This document shows positions 10,221 to 20,365 of a stretch of 64,000 nt of DNA, in pieces. Positions within the stretch are counted from its first letter, which is position 1; each line of letters opens with the position of its first letter. Source of the DNA: Opitutales bacterium (GTDB lineage Bacteria > Verrucomicrobiota > Verrucomicrobiia > Opitutales > UBA2987); NCBI GenBank assembly GCA_965226885.1, contig CBDDEL010000012.1, positions 320,001 through 384,000 of the forward strand, read 5' to 3'. The notes below the pieces were generated by a model. The model was not told the origin of the DNA. It saw nothing but the letters and a program-made list of their open reading frames with translations, and searched no databases. The position numbers and the translations under genes were made by a program.

Positions 10221-11062
10221 ACTTTTTAAGTTTCGATGAGAGAACTTTTATCGGGTTGGGCATACTTCTCTACTGCGGGGCTTTCGCCTACGGGCTGATA
10301 GCGCTGATTAGAAAACGGAAGCATCGCAAATTGCTCATGCTGGCCCTCGTTTTGGGCGGGTTTGTCCTGCAAACTCTGGGCTTGTATATGCGGGGGATTG
10401 ACTTGGGCAGGTGCCCTTTGGGCAATCCTTTCGAAAAATTGCAATTCATTGTATGGTCGGCCATTTTGCTCTACCTCGTCATCGGGCCCGCCTTCCGCAT
10501 GAGCTTGCTGGGGTTTTTTAGCTCGGGACTGGCTGCCGTTTTGGGGGCGGCCTCATTTTTTATCAACGCTTGGGATTTGCCCTACCAAAGAGCGGAGTCG
10601 GCCAACAGCGGGTGGGTCGAAACGCACGCCGCCTTGGCCGTTTTCAGCTATGGCATATTCGGCATCCTGGCTCTCACCTCGCTGATGTATCTATTGCAAA
10701 ACTACGGGCTCAAACGCAAACGGTTCGCCGGGCTCTTTACGCTTCTGCCGTCCATTGTGCAACTGGACCAGATGAACCGCCGCCTTCTGCTCACGGGGCT
10801 GGCCATGCTGACGTTTTCTTTTGCCGTGGGGGCGGTATATTTTCGGACCCATTTGTCCGATTTGCAGAGCGCGAAAATAATAGCGACCGTTGCCGTGTGG
10901 CTGGCCTACTCGGTTCTGCTCCTGCTGCAATATACAAAACGGCTGGCTGTAAAAAAATTTGCCCTCGGCTGCATTATACTCTTCCTGCTCGCACTGGTCA
11001 CTCTGTGGCCGGTTACCTCGAGCGGCAGAGCCAAGCCCGATTCCACTCAAATACAACCCTGA
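10217..11062 (+). CDS. ccsA: Cytochrome c biogenesis CcsA-family (HemX-like) membrane protein
   Basis: About 8 TM segments, [14 protein letters not shown] and [11 protein letters not shown]; lies directly upstream of hemA. Confidence 0.75.
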   Translation: MNFLSFDERTFIGLGILLYCGAFAYGLIALIRKRKHRKLLMLALVLGGFVLQTLGLYMRGIDLGRCPLGNPFEKLQFIVWSAILLYLVIGPAFRMSLLGFFSSGLAAVLGAASFFINAWDLPYQRAESANSGWVETHAALAVFSYGIFGILALTSLMYLLQNYGLKRKRFAGLFTLLPSIVQLDQMNRRLLLTGLAMLTFSFAVGAVYFRTHLSDLQSAKIIATVAVWLAYSVLLLLQYTKRLAVKKFALGCIILFLLALVTLWPVTSSGRAKPDSTQIQP

Positions 11063-11069
11063 CCCGGAA

Positions 11070-12113
11070 ATGAAGGGAGAGAATCATCAGGCAACCCTAT
11101 TTCTGCAAGGAGTTAGCCACCAAACGGCATCCCTCGAGGTGCGGGAGAAACTGGCCCTCTCGGAAAAACATATCGAGGCACTTTACCAATACCTCAAAAT
11201 TACCGTTGGTTTGGAGGAATGTCTGGTTCTCAATACCTGCAACCGCATCGAAATTTACGGTTTGGCCGATAAGTCTGGCGGGCAGGATTGGTTCTTGCGG
11301 CAATTCGACAATTTTCCGCATCTGGAGAAGGTCTGGTTCCGGGATTTCGGTTATTGGAAAAGCGGTCTTGATACCGTCCACCATCTGTTCGAAGTCGCCT
11401 CCGGTCTGGATTCGCAAAGGATTGGAGAGACGGAGATATTAGGGCAGGTAAAGAATTCCTATGCCCTCGGAGTGCAAAAAAAGACAGTAGGCCCGGTCCT
11501 GCACAAAGTTTTACAAAAAGGATTTCAAGCGGCCAAATGGGCCCGTTCCAACACCGCCATCAGCCGCGGCCAAGTCAGCATGGGCAATGTCGCGGTGGAC
11601 CTGGCCCGGCGTATTTTCGGAAATCTGAATAACAGCCGCATCCTCGTGGCCGGGATGGGAGAAGTGGGCGAGATGACGGTCAAGGCATTGATCAGCCGGG
11701 GAGTTAAAAACATCACCGTGTCCAATCGTTCGTCGGAAAAAGCGCTCACCCTGGCCAGTGAAATCGGAGGGAGGGCCATCCCTTTCAAGGAATGCCCGAA
11801 TATCCTGCCGGAAATCGACATCATGATCACCTCAACGGCAGCCAAAAAATGGATATTTACCCGTCACATGATCGAGAAAGCCCTTCAACGCCGACCGGAT
11901 AAACCGCTTTTTCTGATCGACCTGGCGGTGCCCCGGGACATTGAAAGCGAGGCGGGGCAATTGCCCGGAGTTTACCTTTATAACCTGGACGACCTCGCTG
12001 AAATCTCCAATGAAAACCTGAAAATACGCCAAAGCGAGGTTGAGGCTTGCCGCAAAGCGCTCTCGAAAAAGTCGGCGCGCTTGTGGAAAACGCTATCCCT
12101 AAGTCATTCTTGA
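11070..12113 (+). CDS. hemA: Glutamyl-tRNA reductase (short form)
   Basis: LNTCNRIEIY, HLFEVASGLDS, GETEILGQVK and IDLAVPRDIE; start at MKGENH. Confidence 0.95.
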   Translation: MKGENHQATLFLQGVSHQTASLEVREKLALSEKHIEALYQYLKITVGLEECLVLNTCNRIEIYGLADKSGGQDWFLRQFDNFPHLEKVWFRDFGYWKSGLDTVHHLFEVASGLDSQRIGETEILGQVKNSYALGVQKKTVGPVLHKVLQKGFQAAKWARSNTAISRGQVSMGNVAVDLARRIFGNLNNSRILVAGMGEVGEMTVKALISRGVKNITVSNRSSEKALTLASEIGGRAIPFKECPNILPEIDIMITSTAAKKWIFTRHMIEKALQRRPDKPLFLIDLAVPRDIESEAGQLPGVYLYNLDDLAEISNENLKIRQSEVEACRKALSKKSARLWKTLSLSHS

Positions 12114-13292
12114 TGCCAGCCAGGAGGCGGGTGAAACATTTTTATGGCCGGTTAATATTTGCCGCAACCGACCAGCCGCTTTGCTTGTATTTTCAATTAT
12201 TGCCTCGTCGGAAACGGCATTTTCAATCTCCTGGGCCAGAAGGCGCGGAATGGCCCTGCCTTGAATGAACTCTGGGTAAACGGACTCCTTGAGCAAAAGA
12301 TTGACGATCCCGATATAGGGAACCCGGATCAACCGGCGGGCCCAAAAATAGGTCAGCGGGTGGGCCTTGTAGGCAATCGCGCCGGGGATTCCAGCCAGCC
12401 CGCAGGTAAGCGACATGGTTCCGGAACTGGTCAATACCGCTTTGGCGGAAACTTCCCCGGTCCCGTCATTGGAAACAAGCTCGATGAGACTGTTGGCGCC
12501 GCATTGGGCGGACAATACTTTTTCCAGCACGGCGCGAATCTCCTCACTGGGGTAGAGGACCACGGCGCAATTTGAAGGGTTCTTTTTCCGGTATTGGGCA
12601 AAGGCCGCCGCCATGGCCGGAAATATTCGGGCCACCGGCTGCACCCGGCTGCCGGGCAAAAGAAGGACCGGACCCTCGGGCACATAGGTCAATTCGGGAA
12701 CATGGCCTTCCTCCAAAAAAGGATGCCCCACGAACTCCACCGCCAATTCGGTATCTTTGAAGCAATCGACTTCAAATGGAAAGATGACGCCCAGGCCGTC
12801 CAGCGTATCCGACATGGCAAAACGGCGCTTCGCTTTCCAGGCCCAAATTTGTGGCGAAATGTAATAAAAGACACCTATCGAACCGCCTCCTTTACGGCTC
12901 AATCCAAGATTTTTCAATTGCCGGGCCAGGCGCAGGTTGAAACCGGGATAATCGACCAGGCAAATGTTGGCCGGCGCATAACTTTCTATCCATTGCAGCA
13001 ATTCCCGGAAGATGCGGCGAAAGAGGCCGTAGTTTTTGAGTACTTCGGCGAATCCGATCACGGAAAGCGATGTCATGTCGTAAAGAAGTTGAGCCCCCGC
13101 CTTTTCCAGTTTCCCACCCCCTAATGCGGCTATTGCGATACCGGGCCGGGCGCGACGCAAGGCAGATACCATGCGGGCCGCGTGCTCGTCCCCGGAATGT
13201 TCCCCGGCGATAATGAGCAAATCCGTCTTGGCTGTTTGGGGTGGAGGAAAAACCGGGACCGGACGTGCTGGAGTTGTCTGCGGCGACGGCAT
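12099..13292 (-). CDS. lpxB: Lipid-A-disaccharide synthase
   Basis: IAGEHSGD, VDYPGFNLRLA, YISPQIWAWK, FVGHP, LLPGSR and PEFIQ. Confidence 0.95.
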   Translation of the reverse strand: MPSPQTTPARPVPVFPPPQTAKTDLLIIAGEHSGDEHAARMVSALRRARPGIAIAALGGGKLEKAGAQLLYDMTSLSVIGFAEVLKNYGLFRRIFRELLQWIESYAPANICLVDYPGFNLRLARQLKNLGLSRKGGGSIGVFYYISPQIWAWKAKRRFAMSDTLDGLGVIFPFEVDCFKDTELAVEFVGHPFLEEGHVPELTYVPEGPVLLLPGSRVQPVARIFPAMAAAFAQYRKKNPSNCAVVLYPSEEIRAVLEKVLSAQCGANSLIELVSNDGTGEVSAKAVLTSSGTMSLTCGLAGIPGAIAYKAHPLTYFWARRLIRVPYIGIVNLLLKESVYPEFIQGRAIPRLLAQEIENAVSDEAIIENTSKAAGRLRQILTGHKNVSPASWLASRMT

Positions 13293-13298
13293 GGAGAC

Positions 13299-14246
13299 TC
13301 AGGTCCGGAATTCTTCCTGTTGAGCGCGAATCTGCTCGGATACCCGAATGGCCAGTTCGAGTGCGGTTTTTCCCAGGGCCGCGCCCACTTTCGGTTCCTC
13401 GTAATGAGCGACGCAATTGACGAAGGAAGCCAATTCCAATTGCAGCGGCTCGCCTTTTTCGATGGGAATCTCCTCCTTCTCCAGGCTCTGGCCGACTTTT
13501 CGCAGCAAATGGCCTTTCTGGTTCATAAAATCGAGCGAAAGGTAGGTGTTGGGCTGGAAGACGCGAATCTCCCGCACTTTTTTCTGGCTCACCCGGCTCG
13601 TGTTGACATTGGCCACACAGCCATTCTCGAAGGTGATGCGGGTGTTGGCAATATCTTCGGAGTCTGAAAGCACGCTGACCCCGGCGCTCTCGAAATTTTG
13701 CACCGGCGACTTGACCAGTTGCAGGATGATGCCGAGGTCGTGGATCATCAAGTCGAGCACCACACCCACCTCCGTTCCCCTGATATTGAAAGGGGCCAGC
13801 CGGTCAGCGGTGATGTAACGGGGCATTTCGACGGCTTCTTCCAGGAATTTCATGACCGGGTTGAAATGCTCAATGTGGCCAACTTGCACAACTCGTCCGG
13901 AAGAATTGGCGGCGGAGAGAATCCGCTCAGCTTCGTCCAGGCTAGCGCATAGCGGTTTCTCGATCAAGAGGTGGCAATCGGCCTCGAACAACTCAAGAGC
14001 CACCTCGCAATGCTTGTCGGTCGGAACTACCACGCTGACGGCGTCGCAAGCCTCACCCAGTTCCTCCAGGGTTGAAAATCGCTCGCAATTATAACTTAGG
14101 GCCGCCTCCGAAGCCCGTTCTTCATCCGGATCGAAAATACCGGCCAACACACAGCCTTCCAACTCGGCATAAATGCGGGCGTGATGACGGCCCAGGTATC
14201 CTACCCCGGCAACCCCGCATCGGACGATTGGTTCTTCATCTGCCAT
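13299..14246 (-). CDS. Gfo/Idh/MocA NAD-dependent oxidoreductase, GnnA-like
   Basis: GVGYLGRHH, LIEKP, QVGHIEHFNP and VVLDLMIHD; immediately upstream of lpxB. Confidence 0.85.
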   Translation of the reverse strand: MADEEPIVRCGVAGVGYLGRHHARIYAELEGCVLAGIFDPDEERASEAALSYNCERFSTLEELGEACDAVSVVVPTDKHCEVALELFEADCHLLIEKPLCASLDEAERILSAANSSGRVVQVGHIEHFNPVMKFLEEAVEMPRYITADRLAPFNIRGTEVGVVLDLMIHDLGIILQLVKSPVQNFESAGVSVLSDSEDIANTRITFENGCVANVNTSRVSQKKVREIRVFQPNTYLSLDFMNQKGHLLRKVGQSLEKEEIPIEKGEPLQLELASFVNCVAHYEEPKVGAALGKTALELAIRVSEQIRAQQEEFRT

Positions 14247-14294
14247 GCCGCACATTAAGACTCAGCCAGTGGCTTTGACAAGCCGTCTGTTCCT

Positions 14295-15002
14295 TCAGGT
14301 TCCGCTCGGATGATTGAGGGCATTTGACAACAAACCGTGGTTGAGCAACAACTGCCTATCGGTTCGGGCGGCGTATTTCGGATTGTGCGTTACCATAACG
14401 AGACTGGAATTTTCTTCCCGGCAAACTTCAAAAATCAGGTCGATCACCCCGTGGGCCGTTTTTTCATCCAGGTTCCCGGTCGGTTCGTCGGCCAGAATCA
14501 GGGTCGGACGGTTCATCAAGGCGCGGGCCAGGGCAACCCGCTGTTTTTCCCCGCCAGAAAGCTGCATGGGGGATGAATTCAGACGGCCCCCCAGACCGAC
14601 CCTTTTCAGCAACTCGCGCGCCCGTCCACGATTGGGCTTGCTCAAATCGCCAAGGATGCGCGCCGCCATGAGGACGTTCTCCTCCACGTCGAGCTCGGGA
14701 ATCAGGTGATAGGCCTGAAAAACCATTCCAATCTCCCGGCAGCGCACCGAGGCCAGTTTCTTTTCGCTCAACTGATGGAGATCCATTCCGTTGAGGGAAA
14801 CGGTTCCGCTGTCAGCCTTCTCCAGACCGGCGATGATGTTGAGAAGAGTGGTTTTGCCGCTGCCGGACTCTCCCCGAATACTGACACTGTTTCCCCTTTC
14901 GAGTGTCATATCGACGCCCTTGAGAACTTCAATCGGGCTGCCCCCGCTGACGAAGGTTTTGGCCACCCGGCGGACCCTCAGCTCTTTTTCGGAATCATTC
15001 AC
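14295..15002 (-). CDS. lolD: Lipoprotein-releasing ABC transporter ATPase
   Basis: GESGSGKTT, LSGGEKQRVALARA and ADEPTGNLD; overlaps the end of the lolC/E-type permease. Confidence 0.85.
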   Translation of the reverse strand: MNDSEKELRVRRVAKTFVSGGSPIEVLKGVDMTLERGNSVSIRGESGSGKTTLLNIIAGLEKADSGTVSLNGMDLHQLSEKKLASVRCREIGMVFQAYHLIPELDVEENVLMAARILGDLSKPNRGRARELLKRVGLGGRLNSSPMQLSGGEKQRVALARALMNRPTLILADEPTGNLDEKTAHGVIDLIFEVCREENSSLVMVTHNPKYAARTDRQLLLNHGLLSNALNHPSGT

Positions 15003-16224
15003 TGCGCAGGGCCTCCGCTGGTTTCATACGGGCGGCCCGCAGGGCTGGAACAAGGCCGGCCAAGGTTGTCAGGACAAGGGCGCTCAGGGAAATGACGACA
15101 AAATCACTAACCGCATAGTGAACCGGAAGCTGGGAAAATTGGTAAAACTTGACCAACGCCTCCTGGCTGCCGGTCAAGCTGGCGAACCCATAGATAATGT
15201 CGTTGCGGAAAAACAGTGCCACCAGGGCAAAGAGAATTCCCAGCAGAACGCCCAGAAATCCAATGAAAAACCCCTGGAAACAAAAACAGGCCACCAGATG
15301 CCGCGGTTGACCGCCAATAGCCACGAGAAGCCCGATTTCCTTCGTTTTCCGCACGACGGTCAGGAGTTGGGCAATGGCAATGACGAAGGCGGCCACCAGA
15401 ACGATGAAAATAAGGAGAAAAAACATCATGTTTTTTTCCATCTGGAGTATCCAGAGCCAATCCTCATACATATCCAGCCAGGTCATGGCCCGCTTGCCGC
15501 CGGTGAGAATTTCGTTCAGCTCATCCGCCACGACGGCCTCGTCTATGCCCGGATGCAGCCTCAAGGCCACCCCGTGGGCCGCTCCTTGCAGGTTATAAAG
15601 CTCCTGCATGAGGCGTAGAGTGCTGACCATGGTATTGCTGTCGAAATCGTTCCAGCCGGTCTCATAAATCCCGGCCACTTGCAGTTCCCTTGGCAGGAGT
15701 ACCTCGTCATCCTTCAACTTATCCAGCATGAGCGGTGTAAAAACCTCGACGGTGGTACCTAAAGTGGCCCCGATGGAGGCGGCCAGCATACGGCTTAGCA
15801 ACACTGAGTCGTCATCCAGATCGTCGAGACTGCCCAGTTGCAGGAAATCCTGCATCGGCACGACCGAGGGTTCCCGCTCGACATCGATGCCCCGAATAGT
15901 AGGAAAAGCGGGCCGGTTGTTGTGCTGCAGCATGACAACACCGTGGGCGTAGGGAGAAGCGCCTTTTACTTCCGCCATACCGCTGACCGTATCCAGGACG
16001 GTTTGGTAATCATACATAGGGTCGCCGGATTCGATGCGGATATGCCCGTTGGTCTGGACAATTTTCTCCCGGTAGGTCTGCCCGAAACCGCCCATTACGC
16101 TTTGCACGATAACCAGAATCATGACCCCGAGCATAACGCCGCAAACGGAAATCAAAAAAAAGAAGGAGACCCTTTTGCCGGTGGGGAAAAGCTGCTTTAG
16201 CGCCAGATATAGATACCAGGGCAT
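14995..16224 (-). CDS. Lipoprotein-releasing ABC transporter permease (LolC/E family)
   Basis: VQSVMGGF, periplasmic domain, KTKEIGLL and PAEALRSE C-terminus. Confidence 0.88.
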   Translation of the reverse strand: MPWYLYLALKQLFPTGKRVSFFFLISVCGVMLGVMILVIVQSVMGGFGQTYREKIVQTNGHIRIESGDPMYDYQTVLDTVSGMAEVKGASPYAHGVVMLQHNNRPAFPTIRGIDVEREPSVVPMQDFLQLGSLDDLDDDSVLLSRMLAASIGATLGTTVEVFTPLMLDKLKDDEVLLPRELQVAGIYETGWNDFDSNTMVSTLRLMQELYNLQGAAHGVALRLHPGIDEAVVADELNEILTGGKRAMTWLDMYEDWLWILQMEKNMMFFLLIFIVLVAAFVIAIAQLLTVVRKTKEIGLLVAIGGQPRHLVACFCFQGFFIGFLGVLLGILFALVALFFRNDIIYGFASLTGSQEALVKFYQFSQLPVHYAVSDFVVISLSALVLTTLAGLVPALRAARMKPAEALRSE

Positions 16225-16319
16225 TTTAATGATTAAAAAACCGGAAAGCGGAAAATCGGGTCAATGGAATAGTCATCGAATGGTTCGTTCGGGTTCCTCC
16301 GTTCCCAGAATATTCCAGG

Positions 16320-17801
16320 CTAGGATTTTTTTTCCGGTGGTTTGAGGGTGGGGAAAAGGATGGTGTCCCGCAGGTTGGCGGCGCCGGTCAAGAGCATGAC
16401 GAGGCGGTCGATGCCCACCCCGATACCCCCCGCCGGCGGCATGCCGTGCTCCAGGGCGAGAAGGAAATCCCGGTCGATATTCTGCTGTTCCTCCCCGGAT
16501 TGGGCGGCAAACATTTTTTGCTGCGCCAGTGGATCGTTTTGCTCAGAGTAGGCGGGGGCGATCTCCTGGCCCCCGATGCAAAGCTCAAAAACATCGATGG
16601 TGGATTCATCCCCTTCGGTTAATTTGGCCAGTGGGCATAGCTCCCGCGGCAGGTGGGTAACAAAGGTGGGCTGAATGAGCTGGGGTTCGATTAATTTTTC
16701 AAAAACATCGTTGGTGATTTCGAACCTCTCCTGGTCGGGATTCGATAAGACCTCCAATGCCTCGCAGCGGGTCAGCATTTCTTCTTTCGAGCGGGAAAAC
16801 CACTGCAGGTCGCCCGTCGCCTCAATGACAAGCTCCTTGTAGGGAACCTCCCGCCATTGACCGCCCAGTTCTATCTTTTGCCCATCGTAGCGCTCAACAA
16901 CCGTGGTCCCAAGGACTTCCCGGCAGATGGCTTGGATCATTTCCCGCACCAATTCCATCATTCCGCGATAATCTGAATAGGCTTGGTAAACCTCCAGCAT
17001 GGTGAACTCCGGGCTATGTTTGCGGGAAATGCCCTCGTTGCGGAAGATCCGCCCGATTTCGTAAACGCGGTCGAATCCGCCCACCAATAGGCGTTTAAGG
17101 TTCAGCTCCAGAGCGATGCGAAGGTAAAAATCGCAATTGAGTGCCTTGAAATTGGTGACGAACGGCTGGGCCGCTGCACCACCAAACTCGGGCTGAAGCA
17201 TGGAGGTTTCCACCTCCAGAAAATCCCGCCCATCAAGAAACCGCCGTATGCAGGAAACAATTTTACTGCGTTTGAGAAAGCGCTCGCGGGATTCCTCATT
17301 GACGATCAGGTCCAGGTAGCGCTGACGATAGATTTGCTCGCTGTCGGTAAGTCCGTGCCATTTTTCGGGCAGGGGCCGGAGAGCCTTGGCCACCAGTTGA
17401 TATCGCTTTACCCGAACCGTGATTTCCCCGGTTTTGGTTTTAAAAAGCGGCCCCTCCACCCCGATAAAATCGCCGATGTCCAGCTTGCGAAAAGCTTTGT
17501 AGGGTTCTTCACCGATTTCGTCCCGGCGGAAATAAAGCTGCACCTTGCCATCGCGATCGTGGATTTTGACAAAGGCCGCCTTGCCCATGAGGCGAAAAAC
17601 AACGATGCGGCCGGCCACCTTGACGGTGGGGCTCTTTTCCTCGTCCTCGGTGTAAAGTGAACGGGCCTGGGCGGAAGTGTGCTCTTGATCCCAATTTGCG
17701 CGAAAAGGATCGAAGCCGCCCTCGCGCATGGCATCGAGTTTATCCAAGCGCACCGCATAAAGATCATGGGTCTGTGGACTATCGGATTTTGGTTTACTCA
17801 T
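16320..17801 (-). CDS. lysS: Lysine-tRNA ligase (class II)
   Basis: LPEKWHGL, YRQRYLDLI, FRNEGISRKHSPEFTMLE and GMPPAGGIGVGIDRL. Confidence 0.98.
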   Translation of the reverse strand: MSKPKSDSPQTHDLYAVRLDKLDAMREGGFDPFRANWDQEHTSAQARSLYTEDEEKSPTVKVAGRIVVFRLMGKAAFVKIHDRDGKVQLYFRRDEIGEEPYKAFRKLDIGDFIGVEGPLFKTKTGEITVRVKRYQLVAKALRPLPEKWHGLTDSEQIYRQRYLDLIVNEESRERFLKRSKIVSCIRRFLDGRDFLEVETSMLQPEFGGAAAQPFVTNFKALNCDFYLRIALELNLKRLLVGGFDRVYEIGRIFRNEGISRKHSPEFTMLEVYQAYSDYRGMMELVREMIQAICREVLGTTVVERYDGQKIELGGQWREVPYKELVIEATGDLQWFSRSKEEMLTRCEALEVLSNPDQERFEITNDVFEKLIEPQLIQPTFVTHLPRELCPLAKLTEGDESTIDVFELCIGGQEIAPAYSEQNDPLAQQKMFAAQSGEEQQNIDRDFLLALEHGMPPAGGIGVGIDRLVMLLTGAANLRDTILFPTLKPPEKKS

Positions 17802-17861
17802 GTTGGTGGAAATAAAAACCGTTTAGCCTGTGTGATGATCCGCCAAGAATCAATGGGAATT

Positions 17862-17890
17862 TTGAATCCGAAACTAGGTTCCGGGCCATC
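17862..17890 (+). promoter_or_regulatory. Candidate ECF sigma promoter TTGAATCC-N17-CATC upstream of the DUF456 gene
   Basis: The same bipartite motif occurs at 46762-46790 and 50910-50937. Confidence 0.35.
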
Positions 17891-17992
17891 TATTGGAAGG
17901 ATGATGGATACTGACTCCTGTCTCCTGTTTCTTTTTATTTCAAGATTGCCTCTGAAAATGGAATATCGTCCAATTTTAGAAAGTAACGATTC

Positions 17993-18490
17993 ATGTTTAC
18001 AACCGCCAATTTTGCCCTGTTCCTGGTAATTATTTGTTTCTCCGTGGGACTGCTGGCCTCGTTTTTACCGATTCTGCCCGGTACGGTAATCGCCTGGGCG
18101 GGCATCGTCATACACAAGCTTTGGCTTGGGGATGCCTCCGTTCCCTGGTGGTTCCTGGGCGTCGCCACCGGGCTTGTTTTTTTTGCCCAGGGCCTGGATA
18201 TGGCCTGCACCTACTGGGGGGCGAAAAAGTTCGGCGCGAGCTGGAGGGGCGCCCTGGGCGGAGTGGCCGGGGGTCTCATCGGGGTTTTGATATTCAATTT
18301 GCCGGGTCTCATCATAGGGCCCCTAGTCGGGGTCGTCCTGGCGGAAATCATGGGAGGGCGGAATCTTGCCCAGGCGGGAAGAGCGGGGGTCGGAACCATT
18401 GTCGGCGGCCTGGTGGCATTCGTTCTCAAACTGGGGGTAACCGTTACCCTGATTGCGGGCTTTTTCCTGTTCCTCGCCCAAAACTCCTAG
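17993..18490 (+). CDS. DUF456 family membrane protein
   Basis: LPILPG, GAKKFGASWRG and GLIIGPLVG; Gly-rich TM helices. Confidence 0.85.
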   Translation: MFTTANFALFLVIICFSVGLLASFLPILPGTVIAWAGIVIHKLWLGDASVPWWFLGVATGLVFFAQGLDMACTYWGAKKFGASWRGALGGVAGGLIGVLIFNLPGLIIGPLVGVVLAEIMGGRNLAQAGRAGVGTIVGGLVAFVLKLGVTVTLIAGFFLFLAQNS

Positions 18491-18570
18491 GCGAAGCTAC
18501 TATTCTGGCTTTTTTAAAACGAATACTGGCTTGCGGTCATTCCGGGAATTCCTTTCATTACCCCGCACGG

Positions 18571-19458
18571 ATGATGCCGAGCAAACGTAATCGAAAACCA
18601 AGCTGGCTGCGGGCTCGCCTGCCTTTCAGCCCTTCCTACCAGCGCGTTCGTCATATTGTTGAGGACAACGACCTGCATACGGTCTGTCAGAGCGCCCATT
18701 GCCCGAACCTGGGCGAGTGCTGGTCGAGGGGAACCGCCACTTTAATGATTCTGGGAAATGTCTGCACACGATCCTGCACTTTTTGCGCTATTCAATCGGG
18801 CAGACCCGAACAACCGGACTTGGGCGAACCGGCCCGGGCAGCCGAGGCAGTGGCCAAAATGGGTTTGCGCCATTGCGTGGTCACTTCCGTGGCCCGGGAC
18901 GACCTGCCGGATGGCGGAGCGGCTTCCTGGGCGGCCACCATCCGGGCCATTCGGTACCGCAATCCCACCACCGCAATCGAGGTGCTCATCCCCGATTTTC
19001 GCGGCCATAAAAACAGCCTCGACACCGTTCTGGAGGCCCATCCGGATATCCTCAATCACAACATGGAAACGGTCCGGCGATTGCAGCGGCCGATTCGCAA
19101 AACCGCCCGCTATGAACGCACTCTGGGGGTTCTCCGCCACGCTCATAAACACGGTTTTGTGACAAAATCCGGCATCATGCTGGGAATTGGAGAACGCCGT
19201 GATGAAATTGGGGAAGTTTTGACGGATTTGCGCGATTCGGGAGTGATGATCATTACCATTGGGCAATATTTGCAGCCTACCCCGGAACATGCGCCGATTG
19301 ATCGCTGGGTCCCGCCGGAGGAATTTGAGGAATGGAAAGAATTCGGCCTCTCCATTGGTTTTGACGTTGTCGAGTCGGGACCTCTGGTGCGATCTTCCTA
19401 TCATGCGGAGGAGCAATCGGAGCAATTCGGTTTGAATAGGGGAGCCGCATCCGCCTGA
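18571..19458 (+). CDS. lipA: Lipoyl synthase
   Basis: KPSWLR, CQSAHCPNLGEC, CTRSCTFC and SGPLVRSSY. True start is ATG 18571; the ORF track start is over-extended. Confidence 0.97.
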   Translation: MMPSKRNRKPSWLRARLPFSPSYQRVRHIVEDNDLHTVCQSAHCPNLGECWSRGTATLMILGNVCTRSCTFCAIQSGRPEQPDLGEPARAAEAVAKMGLRHCVVTSVARDDLPDGGAASWAATIRAIRYRNPTTAIEVLIPDFRGHKNSLDTVLEAHPDILNHNMETVRRLQRPIRKTARYERTLGVLRHAHKHGFVTKSGIMLGIGERRDEIGEVLTDLRDSGVMIITIGQYLQPTPEHAPIDRWVPPEEFEEWKEFGLSIGFDVVESGPLVRSSYHAEEQSEQFGLNRGAASA

Positions 19459-19497
19459 AACATTACTCAATTCAATCACCATCAAAGAAAGCGAAAA

Positions 19498-20334
19498 TTG
19501 AAAATTCCACTGGAAGATTATTACGAGGATATTGTCGGCAAGGCTGCCACCGGCCTCCGCTTGGGGAAGCGCGAATTGGCCGAGAAGGCCGGAATCTCGA
19601 CGGAGGCGGTCAATGATGCCATGAACGGCGTTTTTGCTGAGGAGACGGCACGTGCGGTAGCCACGGTTCTCAATCTTGATGCCGACTCGCTGGTGGAGTG
19701 CGGGAAAAAGGCCTGGCATCCCGGGGCGGTGGAAATGATCGGTCTCAGTTCATTCAACACGCCCTTCCCAATCCCTGGTTATGCGGAAATGACGGTAAAT
19801 GCTTATCTGGTCTGGGATCCGGCCTCAAGACAGGCCGCGGCGTTCGATACGGGGGCCGATGCCGTTGGAATTCTCGACAAAATCAAGAAACACGACCTGA
19901 TTTTGATGGGCATTTTTCTGACCCACACCCACGAAGACCATATTGCGGATGTGGACCGTTTATGCCGGGAAACGGGCAGCCCAGTGGTTTATGTGAACCA
20001 GCGGGAACCGCACCGTGGGGCCAATCTGATCGACGAGGACGATCGATTCCAGGTGGGCGTTCTCAGCATGGAAGCCCGTTTGACTCACGGCCATTCACCG
20101 GGCGGCACCACTTTTGTGATTTCCGGTCTGGAGAGAAAAGTAGCCGTGGTTGGAGATTCGCTTTTCGCCAATTCCATGGGGGGCGCCCCCGGTTCTTACC
20201 TGCAAGCTTTGGAAAATAACCGAGAAAAAATTCTATCCCTGCCAGCCAATACGATCATTTGTCCCGGCCACGGCCCCATGACAACCGTCGGCGAGGAAAA
20301 AGCGCACAATCCTTTTCACCCGGAATTTAGGTAA
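19498..20334 (+). CDS. MBL-fold metallo-hydrolase with N-terminal helix-turn-helix-like extension
   Basis: THTHEDH, GHSPG, VGDSLF and CPGHG. Confidence 0.88.
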   Translation: MKIPLEDYYEDIVGKAATGLRLGKRELAEKAGISTEAVNDAMNGVFAEETARAVATVLNLDADSLVECGKKAWHPGAVEMIGLSSFNTPFPIPGYAEMTVNAYLVWDPASRQAAAFDTGADAVGILDKIKKHDLILMGIFLTHTHEDHIADVDRLCRETGSPVVYVNQREPHRGANLIDEDDRFQVGVLSMEARLTHGHSPGGTTFVISGLERKVAVVGDSLFANSMGGAPGSYLQALENNREKILSLPANTIICPGHGPMTTVGEEKAHNPFHPEFR

Positions 20335-20365
20335 GTAGAAACACATCACGAGACCCTAATAGATT

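Noticed and set aside
18034..18570. Apparent 179-aa N-terminal extension of LipA
   Set aside because: Overlaps the DUF456 gene in another frame; LipA homology starts at ATG 18571.
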